This document shows positions 62,211-64,000 of a stretch of DNA of 64,000 bases, piece after piece. The notes under the pieces were generated by a model. The model saw only the letters and a program-made list of their open reading frames with translations, did no database searches and was not told the origin of the DNA. The DNA lies in assembly GCF_006345805.1 (NCBI RefSeq), contig NC_043000.1, positions 82,336,001-82,400,000 on the forward strand, read 5' to 3'. Numbering within the stretch: the first letter of the stretch is position 1; each line of letters opens with the position of its first letter. This DNA is from Octopus sinensis (Eukaryota). A program made the translations under genes and the position numbers.

Positions 62211-63549
62211 TTGAGGAGGCCATTTGATACCTTTTTGAATGAAGAAGGATGAGTAATACACCGCTACTAGTTAATACCTCATATCACGAAATCAAAACAT
62301 CACACCAATAATACAGCATCACTATGCCAGCCCGTGATACCCACTACATCACACTACCACCACAACCAACACAACCATCACTCCACTGCCACCACACAGC
62401 CTTAGCTCTACACCATCAATGCACCACTACCACCACACTTCCACAGCACATTCACACCACTGCTACACCAAGCCTGCCACATCAGACCACCACCATAACA
62501 GTATGATCTCACCATCGCCACCACCAAACAAACCACTACCACCTCACCACTTCGCCACCATTATGCTGCAACCATTACAACATTACAATTGTCTACTGAA
62601 TACAAAATGTCCTTTATTGCTTTCCGTATGTGAATGTATGTATATGTGTTGCTTGAGTGCACGTGTGTGTGTGTGAGTATGGCGGAGTGAGTGCATTCGC
62701 ATCGAAACCTACTTGGTTCAAATATATTTGAGTGTGTAAGTGTATGTATTTAAGTGTGTGTGTATCTGTGGTTGTGATTGTACAAGTGTTTGTGTAAGGA
62801 CGTGCATGTGCGTGCGTATGTGCGAATGCAGAGTGTGTCAGTGAGTGAATGTGTATGTGTATACGTGTGTGTATATACGTGTGAGTATATATACGTGTGT
62901 GTGCGTGTATTTGTGTGTATGTATGTGTGTGTGTTTGTGCGCGTGTCTGAAGTGTTATCTCTTCCTTCCAAGATGGCAGTCACTTCTCAGCTGCCAACAT
63001 AAACAAACAAACAACAGCGAGACAACATTCACAAAGCTTTCTTTATTTGACAGAAGGGCGCCTTAAAACAAAGTTGGACTTTACGTAACGGAACCAAGCA
63101 AAGACCTCCGCCAGAGAGAAATACTAAGAAATAAACGGAAATGTATTACATATATTTGATCATATTTATGGTTAGGTAGATAAGAAACTCGCTCTGCATT
63201 TATGTTAGTTCAGTTTCGATCCCTCTGCACAGCACAGTGCTCTGGGCAATTGTCTTCTAATGGATAAAAGTATTCTCAAGAAGTCTTGGCTGACCAATAC
63301 TTTGTCTGTAAAGTTTTGATTGGCAAAGAAAGTGAAAAACGCCATTGTACACCCCTCCTCCACGCAGGCTCGCACATGCACATACAATCATACTCACAAA
63401 CACGCGCGCACATATGTGGGTATTTGTGTGTATGTGTGTGCGTGTGTGTGTATAGATAGATATATGAATCACAAAAGAACAGGAATTACGCAGTCTCTTT
63501 TATTAACTTGCATTTTAGAATCTTTGTGGCTAGGAGGAATCATACTATA

Positions 63550-63651
63550 CGAGGGGTGTATGAAAAGTCTTGAGCCTCAAAAAAAAACATGGTACAAGAC
63601 TTTTGATGAAGGTACAAGACTTCAAGGCTCAAAGGTTTTCATACACCCTCG
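63550..63651. mobile_element. 102-bp mariner-type micro-MITE
   Basis: TA flanks; TIR cgaggggtgtatgaaaagtcttgagcct / cgagggtgtatgaaaacctttgagcct (revcomp). Confidence 0.8.
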
Positions 63652-63687
63652 TATGAATGTATGTATATATAATTTGGACAAATTATG

Positions 63688-64000
63688 GCGTAGGAGTGGC
63701 TGTGTGGTAAGTAGCTTGCTTACCAACCACATGGTTCTGGGTTCAGTCCCACTGCGTGGCACCTTGGGCAAGTGTCTTCTACTATAGCCTCGGGCCGACC
63801 AAAGCCTTGAGAATGGATTTCGTAGACGGAAACTGAAAGAAGCCCGTTGTATATATGTGTGTATATATGTATGTGTGTGTATATGTTTCTGTGTCTGTGC
63901 TTGTCTCCCCAACATCGCTTGACAACCGATGCTGGTGTGTTTACGTCCCCGTAACTTAGCAGTTCGGCAAAAGAGACCGATAGAATAAGTCCTGGGGTCG
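63688..64000 (+). mobile_element. SINE family B, young copy cut by the window end
   Basis: Near-identical to 58158-58575 apart from the internal tract. Confidence 0.95.

Overview
Eukaryotic, AT-rich, non-coding-dominated DNA with one 100-N assembly gap (13185-13284). The repeat repertoire looks like coleoid cephalopod DNA, most likely Octopus; this is an inference from recognised SINE families and the extreme microsatellite density, not a database result. No intact protein-coding gene could be assembled, and most ORFs in the track are translated microsatellites. The window contains (i) dozens of tRNA-derived SINE copies from about four families plus a (TAA)n-embedded retroposon; (ii) decayed DNA transposons: Tc1, mariner remnants and MITEs, Tigger/pogo, an internally deleted Fot1/pogo-like element with a PHD finger, Chapaev3 and hAT MITEs; (iii) decayed LINEs: RTE-BovB-like, Rex3/Expander-like, Tx1/L1-like and CR1-like; (iv) two Penelope-like elements of different clades, a Neptune-like GIY-YIG end at 37.2-38.0 kb and a Naiad-like RT at 54.3-56.2 kb. 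The most notable signal is a set of minimal type I hammerhead-ribozyme motifs in several unrelated short repeats. These include an inverted pair at 22.3/22.4 kb, a three-copy family with a consistent atypical CUGUNGA core (29.6, 31.3, 45.9 kb) and a further motif at 46.3 kb. Other leads are a pre-miRNA-like hairpin (44452-44518), a 60/57-bp minisatellite keeping one open LRR-like frame (50330-50866), and one candidate host exon (11035-10878, minus strand). Ribozyme activity, expression and family names are untested inferences.
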